A stretch of DNA of 64,000 nucleotides from Octopus bimaculoides. Lineage: Eukaryota. The position numbers and the translations under genes were made by a program. The stretch lies in assembly GCF_001194135.2 (NCBI RefSeq), contig NC_068983.1, forward strand, positions 11,660,518 to 11,724,517. The letters run 5' to 3'. The notes under the pieces were generated by a model, which saw only the letters and a program-made list of their open reading frames with translations, had not been told where the DNA came from and did no database searches. Of the stretch, positions 38,988 to 53,878 are shown one piece after another. Position 1 is the first letter of the stretch, and each line of letters begins with the position of its first letter.

Positions 38988-39470
38988 CGTATTATTTCTA
39001 AAGAAAGTCAATAATCATTTTTGCTGTTTATCTCCGGATTAGCCCCAGCAGAGCAGATTTATGATCAAAAGCATTCCAGTCATGAATGTTCTGTCTTTTA
39101 TTCAGACAAAATATATCTAAGAATATGTTATCTAAAGAGCCCTTCCTTTTTAAGACAGAAAGGTTTGGGATGAAAGAAATTCAGTAAGTATTTCTAGCAG
39201 ACCAAGCAACAATGTGCAGGCTTTAGATGTTTGGCAAAAGGTCAAATATTCTTGATAGTTCAGTCAGTAACACTAAGGATGCCTTGGTAGGATTTATACT
39301 CAGTACTATAAGCCACTGAACAACTTTTCAGCTAGACAGGCCAATGTTACTAATCTCTATTTTCAGGTACATAAATTCAAAAGAATAATTATGAAGATGG
39401 AAACAATGATAGGGATAACAGTTAGCAAACAGAACAGATCAAAGTAACTTCTATAGGTTGTGTAGTAGTA

Positions 39471-39471
<1 letters not shown>

Positions 39472-39532
<61 letters not shown>

Positions 39533-39541
39533 TATAATAAA
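39472..39541. repeat. (AAT)n microsatellite
   Basis: Direct reading of the sequence. Confidence 0.95.
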
Positions 39542-42500
39542 TGCCCTAATAATAAATGTCCTGATGCAGTACCAGGCAGTGGCTCTCATGGCTTCTGATC
39601 TTAACTGATTGGAAATGTTATCATGTTGAGTACATTGTTTGTCTTGGTATAAAAGATGGGCTACAGCAAATATTCTGCTCAATACCACAGATTTGTTTGT
39701 CAGTTGCTTGACCTTAACTAGTTGAGTATGTCCCTTGGTGGCTGACAATATGTGCATCTCTGATCATGAGCAGAAGTAGTGGGGGAGCATCATAGCCATG
39801 TGTTGAGAGGAATTCTTTGGGGCTTGGATAATTCACCCTTGGAAACATGGGTATTTCATTCCACATCCTTAAACAACCTTTATTCAAGGGCCTTTTGAGC
39901 AGGATGGGTTACTCGACCTGAAGAAAATTCTAACTGGGTCCCACCTGCAAGGTAATGCACTGTTTATCTTGATATGAGACCACTATGTTGTGCACATATG
40001 GTTGAGATGCATGTGCCTGGTGTACCCTTATCAGACGGGTAGTCATGATAGGTATACTGGGCTTCGTAAATTTTACCCCAGTTTCACTTTGATGGCATGC
40101 ACTGCTCTCTCACTCAATAATAATGATAATAATTAATAATAATAATAATGATAATAATAATAATAACAAAGAGAGAGAAAGAGAGAGTTTAGCTCAGCCA
40201 ACTGTTATAGTCAATTATAAATCTAGTATAAATAATTTATATTGGGACATACTCTAATCAATAATTATTCTCACTCTGAATAACAAAGATAGCAGTGCTA
40301 AATATATTATGATATTAAGTTTTATTTCTTAAGGTTTTGAGTTCAGCTTTGACTTTTATGATTGTGGAAGACGAAGGAGATGGGGCAATAAAATGAATAC
40401 CCATAATATACTGGAGTTGAAACTATATTTTCCCTTACATAAAGCTGAACTTGACAAAGAAAACAATAATTATTCTTCTGAGAAGAATGTTTTCCATTTT
40501 AATGATGCTGGAAAGTTAATTTATTCCTGACTTTGTTAATGAAAAAATTTTTGAAAATGCATATTTGAAAATGATATTCCTAGAATTACACATTGTAATT
40601 AACATGCACAGTAATTTTTTGCACTCTGAGTAAAATGGTAAATGCTTTAATGAAGTAATAAAAGAAAAACTAATAAAAAGAAAACATTTGATGATTCAAC
40701 TGGTTAACCATTATTGCAGAAAGAATTTTCTAAGGAATAATCTTTATAGAGAGTAAATCAGCACAATTGACATCACAATAACTTGTTATGCTGTCAGGAA
40801 AATCTAATCATATGATTTCAGAAATTTCTGATAGAAAGAACAGTCTGCTAACAACCACATCAAGCATAAAAAATATTCCTATAATCATAAATATTTAGAC
40901 CATCCATACCATGACCTACTTCTAATGAAAATAGGTCCATTGCAAGAAGGATAACAATTGGTAACAATAAACATGATTTCTCCTACACCAAGAAGAAAAA
41001 AAAAAAAGGGAACGTATGAAAAATAAAATTTAGCTTGGTAGATCTTAAAATAGGGCTATGATTCAATTGATGGGCTCTGCTTAACAAATAGCTGAGCTGC
41101 TAACAGTTTTAACACCAAATCTTGCCAACTGAGTTTTTCGTTGTTCTGTAACCAGTAACATAAGTACCATAGAGAAGTAAATGGTCAAAATAAGACTAAA
41201 TCTGATTTGTTAAGTTTTCTTATTTCTGCTAAGCTATCAACTAGCCACTCACGCTTGAGCTAACAAGGACTACTGTTTCAAAGCAAAAACACAAACATGA
41301 ATCTTATAACAGTTTCATTGACATGACATTAATATAATACCATAATGAACATTGATTTTTATTATTCATACATTAAAAAGTATTCTCTAACTGTGTGTAA
41401 CACCTAAATTAATGACAGAAATAATTTAATGTCTGACATTTTGATTTCACTTAAATTAATTTCATTTAAGCTGAACACAAATTGTTACAAAAAGTACTCT
41501 TTTTTTTTTTTTATATAGTGCAGTTGTGTTTTAAGAAGTATGCTTCTAGATCTAATTATTAAACAATTCTTTAATAGCACATCAGCAGCAGTAGAAGCAG
41601 CAATTATAGCAGTATTGATTGGTACTCTACCATGTTACAAGCACAGTAAGATGTAAACTAGGTGAAATAGGGTTACATGTGAATTTGATTACAATCAACA
41701 AAGTAGCGCTTTGCTACTGCACCTTCATGTGTATCAAATAAAAGACAGGGAGAAAAAAAGAAAGAAAAAAAAAACAAACACAGGATTTAAACAATTTCTT
41801 TTCAATAGGTGCTATATAACAAGCTGACAAATAAACATTTACATGCTTGTCTAATTAAAATCCTTGCTTACTATTGAAAATTTTTTGTAAAAGTTTTTCG
41901 AATTTATGGATTTTTTTAAAACACAAAGCCATACACAAGTCGTTTAAAAGTGTTCACATTTTGAATGCACCTCACTCATTAGCCAGGCTTTTAAAAATTC
42001 ATGCTTAAAGTCCTGCCTGGTATCCCCAGACATCACAATTTATCTGACTGTATTATAAGGTACATGTAAGTTCTCATAATTTCTCTTCCACCTATTCATC
42101 AAGGATGTGCACAGACATGCTTGTGTGAACTTAGTTCCTAAATAAATTTATAAGAAGCATTTGATATGTATTTGTGACAAAATAGTTATTTGATACATAC
42201 AAACATTTGTGTGCTTAATTTGCTTGGATAAATTGGCAATATCCTGCTAGTATACTTGCCTAATTATCAAGGATTATATTATTTTCACACACCCCAAGAA
42301 TGTTTGTTGTAATATTTTCCTTACTTGCAAATCTTCATAAGTAATTTACAATCTTCACAATGCCATCCAAATTTTTAAGATTTTTTTCTTCTGGATAACT
42401 CTATGTTCTCACATTTTGTCTTCCAGATAAAACTTACATTTTATCTTCCAGACATCTAGTCTTTTTCTTCATACTGTTCAAACAACCTGCCATTAAGTTT

Positions 42501-43752
42501 CTCTCTCCTGCAAATCTTAAAGCTACAAATGGTGTCATACTAACAGTAGATATACATAGCTTATTAGCTTATTTTTCAAAGGCATTGACAAGATCAGCTA
42601 TGAAGACTAGAAACAGCTGAATAAAGTATTAAGCAGTATAGACCTATTAGATTAATGGTTGTTTAATCAGAGCAAACAGGAAAAAGAAAATTTAGTTTTT
42701 CCATAGAGGTTAGCAGTATCTCTAAGCATTTTAAAATTTAGTTTAATACAAAGTGCATTGTACAAGACTTTATCCAAAGCTTACTTGATGTTTACTACTA
42801 TGACACATTCTACTTGGCAAATTACCAAGTGATTATTTTATGTCTGAAAAAAGCAGTAAGAAGGGCTACCATGCAATGACGTGGAAACCAAATTGTCTGC
42901 TTCATATGAGGATGTTCTAGGATAGGTACCTTGTAGTTGTTTACAGGCTGTGGACTTTATTAACATACAAGGGTTAAGAAAAGTAGAGTAAGAAGCATAT
43001 GTCAAGAAAGAATTATATCAAAGCAGAATGAGATACAAAAAAAAAATGAGGCTGAAATTGGCAAATGGATCCAAATGTTAACTTTCAGCTGAACATTCTA
43101 TAGTTTGGGTTTCATTTTTGACCCTGTGATATGCTTTGTCACTGAACCTTTTCCATATTACAGGTAATAAAATAAAAGAATGAGGTGAATAATAATTGCT
43201 GCCCTTAATAATTTGTTCCTCTTAAGTACTAAGATTAAATCCTCTTGTTTGCAAAAATATAATGAAATTCAGAAATGAGATAAATGTAAATTTTCTTTAA
43301 AGAAAAATAGAATAAATATAAAGTTAAGTCAATAATAATACTTTTCAGTAAACCTGCTTCTTTTTTGAAGCTAATATTTAACAATGGAAAGCCAAAAGCA
43401 AGAAATCTTAACTATACATCTAGACTAACAACAAAAATGTGACTTTAATGCCACAGAAATCAACTAAAAACACATATGGTAAGACATCCTATGGACACCG
43501 CCAAAGAAAACAAAACGCTTCATAAGAAGGACCATAAAAAGGAAGAATGGAGAAAAGAGACAAAAATGTCTCGGTGATTTGTATCTCATAATTTACTTAA
43601 CAAGCACAGCCTGGAGTGAAACAAAACTAATTACTACACCTTGACACTTTCATTATATAATGAAATTTGCAATTTTTTTTTTTTTGTTTACATTTATTTT
43701 TCCACTTAGTACGCTACCATGAATTGGATAGCTTTGAAACCTAAATATTGGG

Positions 43753-43962
43753 TTCAAATTTTGGCACAAGGCCAGCAATTTCAGAGAAGGAGCTAAGTCA
43801 ATTGCAATGACCCTAATGCTTGACTGGCACTTATTTTATCAACCCCCAAAAAATGAAAGGCAAAGTTGACCTCAGCAGAATTTGAACTCAGAACATAAAG
43901 ACAGATGAAATGCCGCTAAGCATTTTGCCCAGCATGCTAACGATTCTGCCAGCTTGCAGCCT
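43753..43962 (-). mobile_element. SINE family B
   Basis: Reverse-complement similarity to 36813-37030. Confidence 0.8.
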
Positions 43963-44143
43963 GAATTTGAAATTTAAATATTTGCAGAGGTATTTATAGA
44001 GAGCAGCACATAGATGATGTTAAGTATTTCCTAAAGTACAATAGTTAGAAAAGATATGAAAGTATAATTTTTGGTTACTAATCCAACTTATTTCCATAAA
44101 AGCAACTTTTATAAAATCAATTTTATAGTTGCTTGGAAATACT

Positions 44144-44347
44144 CTCTCTTTTACTTGTTTCAGTTATTTGACTGTGGCCATGCTAGAGCACCACTTTTAG
44201 TTGAGAAAATCGACCCCAGGACTTATTCTTTGTAAGCCTAGTACTTATTCTATCGGTCTCTTTTTGCCAAACCGTTAAGTTATGGGGACGTAAACACACC
44301 AGCATCGGTTGTCAAGCGATGGTGGGGGGACAAACACAGACACACAA

Positions 44348-44385
<38 letters not shown>

Positions 44386-44548
44386 GATGGGCTTCTTTCA
44401 GTTTCTGTTTACCAAATCCACTCACAAGGCTTTGGTCGGCCCAAGGCTATAGTAGAAGACACTTGCCCAAGGTGTCATGCACTGGGACTGGAGCCAGAAC
44501 CATGTGGTTGGTAAGCAAGCTACTTACCACACAGCCACTCCTGCGCCT
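44144..44548 (-). mobile_element. SINE family A, full length
   Basis: Reverse complement of the 19753-20182 pattern. Confidence 0.9.
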
Positions 44549-47500
44549 ATGTTTTATATCATATAAAAATAAGTTATAGAAGCACCTAAATGAAATTCTA
44601 CTCAGTGATATATAAGTGTCATAATTTCTAATAGTCTTGCCTTTCATATGTTTAATGTGACAGAAACCAAATTTCAGTACTAGAATTATAAGGCACGTGG
44701 ATTCAGAATAGTATAAAGACTTTTCTAATATATCAGATACATATTTCTAATATTTCAATATACCAGAAATATAATTTAGATATCGTTCATGTTCATTTTT
44801 CAAGTTTACTTTTTCTTTTATTAACACAAAACTCTTAAATAAACTCAAGATTTAAGCATTATTTTATTATTTAATTGTTATTTTAAATACTTAAGTAAAA
44901 ATTAGAATCTAAATAAAATAAATAAGATAAAAAATATTTGGATTTCTCATCATGAATCAATAAACTAAAAGTATATCTAGACTCTGGCATGAAATGCATG
45001 AAGTCTGCAAAATGATTGCTCAGCCTGCCAATATGGCTACTGATTGAGCTAACAGTATTTCATTTCTCTGTCGCACTTGATTTACTGAGCAGCCTGGGTG
45101 CAAGCAACTTAGCTGGTTGTTGAATACACTATAGGGTGGCTATCAATCAGTTGACCAGTAGGTTTAACAACTAATGAACAAAAATAATCGATAGTAAATG
45201 AGGAAATCAATCACAATATACAGAGATTAACAAATTTGCAGAATTATAAAAAAAAAAAAAAGACATTGCGTACAATATTAAATATTTGTAATTTTTTTAA
45301 ATATGTTACTTCAGATGATCTAATTGTCAATATTCTGAAATAATTTTAAAATTTACAGAGCTTGAAAGAAACTTTTTAACTTTTGGAGAATAAATTTTGT
45401 TATTCTAAATTATTATCAGTCATTAAAATAATCTTTATACTGGACTCAGCCAACCAATTTAAAAATCTACTTTTTTTTTTATTGTATTTCCATTGTATTT
45501 TCTTGAATAAATTTTTTATTCAATTTTGATTTATAAAATCATCTCAGCTTCATCAAATTAAAATTTCTAAAGGAAGTAAGACAAGGGGAACGCAATGAAA
45601 CTCCTTTAATTCAAATTTTCAACCTTGATTATTTGTAATTTTGAAATAAAGATTTCAACCACAGTATAACTAGAAAACAATTTCTTAGAATTATTTCAGA
45701 TCTTAAAAATGGTAAATCAATGAGCAATATATATGCCCAATTTTCAGTGTGCAATTCCTCACATCTATTTACAATGGAGATTTTTAGATCTGTAAACCCA
45801 ATCGCCCCAAAACACTAGTTATGATATACAGGACACAAATATTGGCAAGTAAGATAAACAGTAGTATGAATATTTAGTTCTCTGTAACAGAATGCAGTAA
45901 AGTGTTCCCTTGACGATCCGTTGCAGTTAGACATTCATATGCACTTGGAACATTGGAACATCCAATGCTGAGTTCCAAATAACTGCAATGGTGAAACATA
46001 GATCTAAATATTTATGCTGGTGTTTATCTTAATTGCCAATTACATTGTAAAATATATAATACAACTCAAGATTTAAAAATTTATTCTTTCTGTGCAATCT
46101 GGTACCAAATGATCCATGACCCAGTAATTAGGGACTTCTTTGTTAACTAACTTTATCATAGTACATCTTCCTCTTAAAATAAGAAAAATACAGAGTGCCC
46201 TAAATGAAAATGTAAAACTAAGCACATAGTAGCTGCCATATTAAAAAATAATTCTAAGACAAAATATTGAAAGGAAAAACAAAAGGCCGTTTCATATAAT
46301 GGTTTCTATTTCACTTAAGTTACAAAATGAAGAATTTGGAAAATAATTATTCCATGAGAAAATTTGTAAAAATCAGAACATCTCGAATTTTTCTTTTCAT
46401 CCTCTTTTTTTTATATGTCCTTTTTCTTTCTTTTTTATCAAACTCAGTTTTTATTAATCTAACTATTTCTCATCTGATGGCATTCCGTACAGATCACAAC
46501 CAATATAATTGCAACCTGTACTCAATAAACGAAGATGAATCTTGAGACAAGAAAAAAATTAATTCATAGAAATATAAGAATTGTTAGTCTTCAATTTTCA
46601 GAAGGAATTATACTCTGGCTACTCACACAAGCACTAACTTTCTATTTAAAATTATATCACAGACATAAAAATTACATGTTTTTCTATTAGCTAACTAACA
46701 ATAACTGAAGGAAAAGCATAAACAATTGCATGTACAGTAAAGAAGTATACTTGTAGAAATAGAAGCAATATATATGTGATAAGTTACAAACAATCTAAAA
46801 TCGTTTAAAGAAACTAAGCAATGAAATCGTATGTTAATAGGAAGGAACCAACAAAATTTAGTTACAACTGTTTATTTTCAGAGTTCAAATCCTGCCAAGG
46901 TCGATTTTGCTTTTCATCTTACTGAGGTTGATAAAATTATAATACCAGTCAAGTACCAAAATCAATATATCAACTATACCCCTCCCCCAAAATTTTGTGG
47001 CCTTGTGCCTATGTTAAAAATCAATAGCAAGGAATGGGGAAATCTGAGATGCTAACTCAAGATGCAATGAGGTTATCAAGTACACTTATTTGATTATGAG
47101 ATTTACGAAGAAACAGTTTTCTGATGAAAAATAAAAAAAATAAAAAACAATTCCCTTTAGTTATAGGCTTTCACTGTGTCAGGTCATAAGATAATCTCCT
47201 TAAATGAGAATATTAATTTGCAGTATAGTCATAATGGTGCAAGCTGTGTTCCTCACTACAACTAAAGTACATGCATTTCAAATGTATGTCACAAATACAT
47301 AGCTAAAAGCTTACATAAAAAATAACTACAAAATAAATAACTATGACGATATTAATAGTACATCTAATATCACAAACTAATTTTTCCTTTTTTTTTTTTT
47401 TTTTACTTTCAATACATGCAGATACATTTTCATGTGAAAATTCAAACTCAATGTAAATTTCCTTCTTCTCCCTTTTTATTGATTTTTTTTTATACTGTGC

Positions 47501-47837
47501 TATCAACCAGGCAGTGATTTCCTGCAAAAATGCTTTTTTATTCATGGATTTTATTCGAGCACTTTTACAAAAAATTTCTTTCCTGGTGCCAATTGTCTGA
47601 AAGTGGAGAACATGGATCATTTCTCAATAACTATCTTTCAAAACCCTTGTAAATCTGTTACCAGAGATTGTGTGAACTCAAACCTGTAAGCCATCGAGCA
47701 TCTATCTCTAACCAGTTCAACATGCTATAGCTTATTGCACTTACTTTTTTAGTCATCTGCAATTACAATCGTTTTTATGACAGAACCACCCCACCACCAA
47801 AAAAGAAAAGCATTTAATGATATCTAAGAGATAATAG

Positions 47838-48053
47838 TTTCAAATTTTGGAACAAGACCAGTAATTTTAGTGAGTGAGGTTGATAGCTGATGAGGTCAAC
47901 CCAGTCCTCAACTGGTACTTATTTTATCAACCCTGAAAGGATGGAAGGCAAAAAATGATTTTGATGGGATTTGAACATAGAAAGTAAAGAGCTAGAGGAA
48001 ATGCCAGTAAGCATTTAATCCTTTACTGTAATGATTCTGCCAGTTTGCCATCT
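47838..48053 (-). mobile_element. SINE family B, diverged
   Basis: Reverse-complement similarity to family B. Confidence 0.65.
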
Positions 48054-48942
48054 TAATATCTAAGAAATAACGAAAATTAAAAAATAGCCGTTTTCAAGTA
48101 ACTGCCTATGTGACCACAAATAAACAACAGAATTATCAAAAAATAGTGTAAAATTCTAAAATCATAAACCATACACAATAGACGGAACAATTCAAATAAA
48201 TCATGATTTTTCCCTGACACAGAAACTATTGTCAGTGAAAAAAAAAAAAGCATCACTATATAAATTAATTAACTTCCTAAAACTTTAAAACTCTTCTGGA
48301 ACAGATTTCAAAGGTTTATACCCAAAGGTTCTGAATCGTAATTGTAATGGTTAGTAAGTTAATTATATAAGGTTGGACAGGATAACAAAAAATTATTTTA
48401 ATAAAATTCGTGGTTGATAAGGAATACATTATCATCATTGATTAACATCCATGTTCCATGCTGGCATGAGTTGAAGTACAAAACTGAGTAAATAGTAAAT
48501 TTAGTCTTTCATCTTCTCTCATCAGGATTGACAATATATGTTAATAAGTCTTTGAGGGAAAAAGTGATATCCAGCATATTGGGTTTACAGATATATGCAA
48601 TGATACACAAGTATTCAACTGAATACAAAGGATATCCTCGTATCCTTTGTATTTTACATCAGAAATATCAAGGATGCACATAAAAAAAAGAAAAACAGTA
48701 TTGTAATAAAAGAGATCTAAAATGATTCCATCAGCAGTACTTTGGCTTGTGAATTCCTCAAGCTGTATTTATGTTAAAGGAAGTAATTTTAGTTCAAAAT
48801 TAAAAAAAAAACAACCTTCAGATGATTATTCTATAAATTGTGTTTGTAAAGCCAAACTAAAATATATTAGAATGTTGTTAAATTGTTTTCCTTTCTTTTG
48901 TAGTCAGCTGCCTGCCAACAACAAAATCGATTTAATGGATTG

Positions 48943-48976
<34 letters not shown>

Positions 48977-49730
48977 ATGCATGTACACAAACACACATTA
49001 GTTATATTGAAGGAAATATTCTAATGAGTTAAACAGATAGATACTTGTACAAGATATCTGCATCATATGTATATTCTTAACTATTTGATTACATACCAAA
49101 CAATAAAAATAATTTCTACTACAGCAATAATAAAAAAATATATAGTTAATGAATAAAAAGAGCCTTCTCCTAAATTAAGACCAATCAATATAGTTTCTTA
49201 CAATTTCATAATTTCTAAATTATGAAATTTAGCAAAATTTCATTCCACAGTAAAAAGAGAAGTTATTTCATTTAAATTAACTATGAATAACTACTAACTC
49301 AACAAAGTTGAGACCCACATGGGACTATTGCTCCTACATCTGAAATAGCACTGGTTCTCCACACACAGATTTCTTAGAACATATTGAAAGAAAAGCCATG
49401 ATTGGCATGAAGTTATTCACCAACACATTTCAGCCTCAAGTTCACAGATGTGCAATATTCAATCTTCAATGTTTTAACCCTTTAGCATTTAAACTGGCCA
49501 TATCCAACCAAAATAATCTACTAGTATTATCTTCAAACTGGCCAGATGTTGCCTCCCACACTTACCCTACGAGATTATTCTAAAAATAAACAATTGCATC
49601 ATTAAAATTTCAAAGCTACAAGGTAACACATAATTAATTCATATCAATATGAATGAATAAGTATTACTGGTTCGCCAGTCCTCATTCAAATCGTCCAACC
49701 CATGCTAGCATGGAAAGCAGACGTTAAACA

Positions 49731-49789
<59 letters not shown>

Positions 49790-50212
49790 CTGACAGAGAA
49801 ATCTGAATGCCAAAAAGTTAAATCAGCACAGTCAAATTAAAGCTATTTAATCAGATGGTAAGAACCATGCAGATGTGTACAATCTTATATTTAAAAATAA
49901 TATTCTGCACAATATAAGATTATTGAATCTTATATTGTGCAGAAACAATTTAATTTTAAAGACTTTTGATCTTTGTTATATAGAAAATCTTCCAGCTGTT
50001 TTTACATTTAACTCTTAATTATGAACGAAACTTAGTTTTGATTTTACTGCCTTGACATTCAGTATTTGCTGATTAGACTTTTTTTTTTTATCAATTTCAA
50101 AAATGCTTTAGATCACAAAAGTATTATTTTATATTTACAAGTATCTTCTTGGATAAAGGAAGGCAAATGTACCAATGGTTTAATAACCTCAAACTTTGAA
50201 ACATTTTTTGCC

Positions 50213-50628
50213 ATTATTTACAATGGACAGATAGGTGTCCTCATCTTGTTAGTTGTTATCACAACATTTCAGCTGATGTATTCTCCAGCCTTCATCAGGT
50301 GTTCTGGTGGCATTTTGAACCCGACCCTTTATTTGACTAATGGGGTACACTGTTCCCATTCCTAAGGTATGTTGCTGATATTTTTCTGTTGATATTATTT
50401 TTCTGTTGATATTATTTTTCAAGTCCCTGCCTGGGATTGAACTTAGAATCTGAGGATTAATAACCTATGTTCTTATCCACTAACAGTGTTTCCCATTAGT
50501 CAAATAAAGGGTTCAAAATTCCACCAGAACACCTGATGAAGGCTGGAGAAGGCGGAGAATACATTAGCTGAAACTTTGTGATAACAACAAACAAGATGAG
50601 GTAAACCTATCCATCCATTGTAAATAAT
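50213..50628 (-). mobile_element. tRNA-headed SINE-like element with a hammerhead-like 3' region and an inverted duplicate of that region
   Basis: Inverted arms at about 50213-50354 and 50482-50628. Minus-strand tRNA-like A and B boxes (tagtggataag ... gttcaatccc) at 50483-50422. Both arms contain CTGATGA-A-GGCTG..(C/T)AGCT-GAAA. Confidence 0.7.
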
Positions 50629-53589
50629 ATACATAATTCCTCATCTCAAAAATATAGAATAATATATTTTTTTTCCAACTATAGATCAACTCTCCTTGAT
50701 AATGCAAATGATCACTTAAACAATTTTGTCATCATCATTTTAATGTCCACTTTTCCATAATCACAGGGGTCAGATGGAATTTGTAGAGGTGGATTTTTTA
50801 TGGCCAGATGCCTTTCTTGTTACCAACCCTCACCCATTTCCAAGTAAGGTAATTTTTCTCCATGGCTAGACATGTTTTCATGGAAGATTGGAAATGAAAG
50901 ACACCACTTGTTTGGAAAATGTCACTCATTTACAATAATCAAGCAATCTCAAGACAAGGAACCCCAACTCACACACGAACACATATGCACACAATAGGCT
51001 TCTTTCAGTTTCTGTCTATCAAATTTACTTACAAGACTTTGGTTAGCCTGAGGCTATAGTAGAAGACACTTGCTCAAGGTGCTATGCAGTGGGACTGAAC
51101 CTAGAGACAGGTGGCTAGGAAGCAAGCTTCATAAATACATGGCGACACCTGTGCCTAAACTACATATAAGTATGAAAAATATTTATAGCTATTGTTCACA
51201 AACTAACAGTAAGTTCAATACTCCCAGAAATGGACAAAATGCAAATATTTTCAACAAGTAAATCAGTCAACTAATATATAAAATATCTAACGCAAAGTCA
51301 TTTTTCAATGATATGTTTATCAGGTTAGAGATTATAAAAATTTGATGAAACAATGAAAGCAATGTAGTTCTGAAGATTTCTATTGACAATAGTAGTAGCA
51401 GTAAATTAAGTACAATTATCAATCAGATGAAAGACAATTAAAATAAATGAGTGAAATTAATTTACATAAAGTTTATACAAGGGCCTTAGTAGAGACTAAT
51501 TTTATTACTGGAATATCTTATTAGTAAAATATTTTATTCCAACAGCCAAGAAAGTAGATTCGATATTAATTTACTAATAGCTGTTAAAACTTACTAAATT
51601 GAATGATGTAAAAAGAGTATGCCATACTCAACTGAAACATTGGTGACCTAGTAAAAGCAATGACATTTTTTAAGTCACTATGTAGTAATATTTTCCACCA
51701 GTAAAATCCAGTAAAAGAAGAAGCATTAAAATTTTTTCTATAGTATGTGTCATTTGTTAAATTATTCTTAAGGCTAAAAAAGTAAGATAAAATTGTACAA
51801 AAACATATATCTATATTTTAAACAGGAATGTTTATTATTGGAGCTCAAATACATTAGCTGCTCAATACAGAAAGACAGCTATGCTAGTATGGAGATATAC
51901 AATGGAAATAAATGATGCATAAATATATATTGCATATTAGAGAAAAATTTCCTCCAAGAGAAGTAAACCCAGGAAGAATTAGAAGTAGTAAAATCTGAAT
52001 TCTGATGTTGAAGATGAAATTACGCAACATGGAAACACTAACATTAAAATGATGATTATCATCATTTCAATGTCTACTTTTTAATGTTTGATTTTCCATG
52101 CTAACAAGAGTCAGACAAAACTTATTAAGGTAGTTTCTCTATGGTCAAATGCACTCCTGTCAGCAACCCTCACTTGCTTCCAAGTAAAATATTATTTCCT
52201 CCACACTTTTGAAAAATGGATGGTTCATTGGTCAGACATGTTTTTTGCAGCAGATATAAAGATATTGCTGTATTGATGGTGTTATTGTTTTATGCAGCAT
52301 GCAAAATCCATCAAGGCAGTTACAAGAAATAAAATCATGTACATTCATGCACACATACATATATGCGATGGGTGTTTACAGTTTCCATCTATCAATTCCA
52401 CTCACAAGGCAGTGATTAACCTTAATTTACAGTAAAAGACGCCAATCCACAGTTTAACACAGTGGGAATAAACTTGAAATTACGTGGTTGCAAAGTGAAC
52501 TTAACTACATAACCATTCTGATAACATACACACAAATAATCAAATCAAGGAATATTTTATTTCTATTTGTCTGCATTTTACTGGTTTTACCATTCACTGG
52601 ATGGAGGTTGTGTTGAGTAAAATGAAACAGTTCTTATGATGTATCATATTAGTCCTTACAAATTCTGAGTTTTATGCCTTAGTTTTCATTTAGTTTATAG
52701 AACAATACTGTGGGTGGACAGTAATTAGTAGATTACTGAGATGTCTTATATTGTGAAAGTAGGAAATTTGAATACTTACAATCCAAAAAAGTCAGAACAA
52801 CAAAAGTATTAGGTATTTTGAGCCCTTTCAGATTTTCATTTCATTAGTAATAAATGAATAATGAAAAGTTAAAAAGAGATTAATTTTTTCAAAATTTGGA
52901 GTTAAATTATTTGTGATTCACTTGTCTGCCTTTGATTGACAGTTTAATGGATTATTATACAAAGTGTTTCAGTTTTAGTTAATTACAATAAGGAACAAGA
53001 TAGCAGAGTTAATACTATATTGGACCAACAACTCATAGGATTTGAATTCACATTATAGATGTTCCATATTGCCCATGGGTAAGATTCTATATCATTTAGA
53101 TCTCAGTAACAGACACACAAATATGCAAATATTAACTGAAATAGAGAGACATCCTATCAAGAGGAGACCTGTCCTTCCCCTATAAAACCAAAGATGAGCA
53201 CATGTTCAGGGATTCCAGAAGTATTTTCACCTACTTTTCAAACTAGTAGGCAGTCTTTTATGTAGAAATAGTCTTCTTAAAATAAATAGGAAAATTGTGT
53301 AATGCATCCAAATATAACAAATAGTGTAAATAATAAATTATATATATAATGAATGCTCATCTGAATTATTAATAACTGAAACACAAGTTCATAATATTCT
53401 AGAATATCTATATGGTCTATCAACTATATTTCATTCAATGATAGAACACAACAGTGAAATCTTGAACAAGTTATGCTTAATTAAAAGCATATACATATAT
53501 GATTTAGAAAAGTAAGGGCAGTACCTGTGGCTCTATTTCAGTGTTTCTAAGCTTTGTGGAAGGAAGTTATCCTGAGAAGGAAGTTATCG

Positions 53590-53878
53590 TGAAGACGCAT
53601 GGCTTAGTGGTTAGGGCATTCAGCTCACAGTCCTAAGGTTGTGAGTTCAATTCCCGGTGACATGTTGTGTCCTTGAACAAAACACTTTATTTCACATTGC
53701 TCCAGTTCACTCAGCTGGCAAAAATGAGTAGTAACTGTATTTCAAAGGGCCGGCCTTGTCACACTCTGTGTCACGCTGAATCTCCCGGGGAACTACATTA
53801 GGGGTACACGTGAGCAGGCTGTTCTGTTGATCGTATCAGCTGGGACCCTTGTCATCATAACCGACGGAGTGCTCCTTT
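53590..53878 (+). mobile_element. tRNA-derived SINE sharing its 3' body with family D
   Basis: gcatggcttagtggttaggg...gagttcaattccc head; caaagggccggccttgtcacactctgtgtcacgctgaatc body shared with 36130-36200. Confidence 0.75.

Noticed and set aside
39422-39757. ORF with a poly-Ile run, and similar HT, CV or YI repeat ORFs elsewhere
   Set aside because: These are translations of AAT, CA/TG and TA microsatellites.
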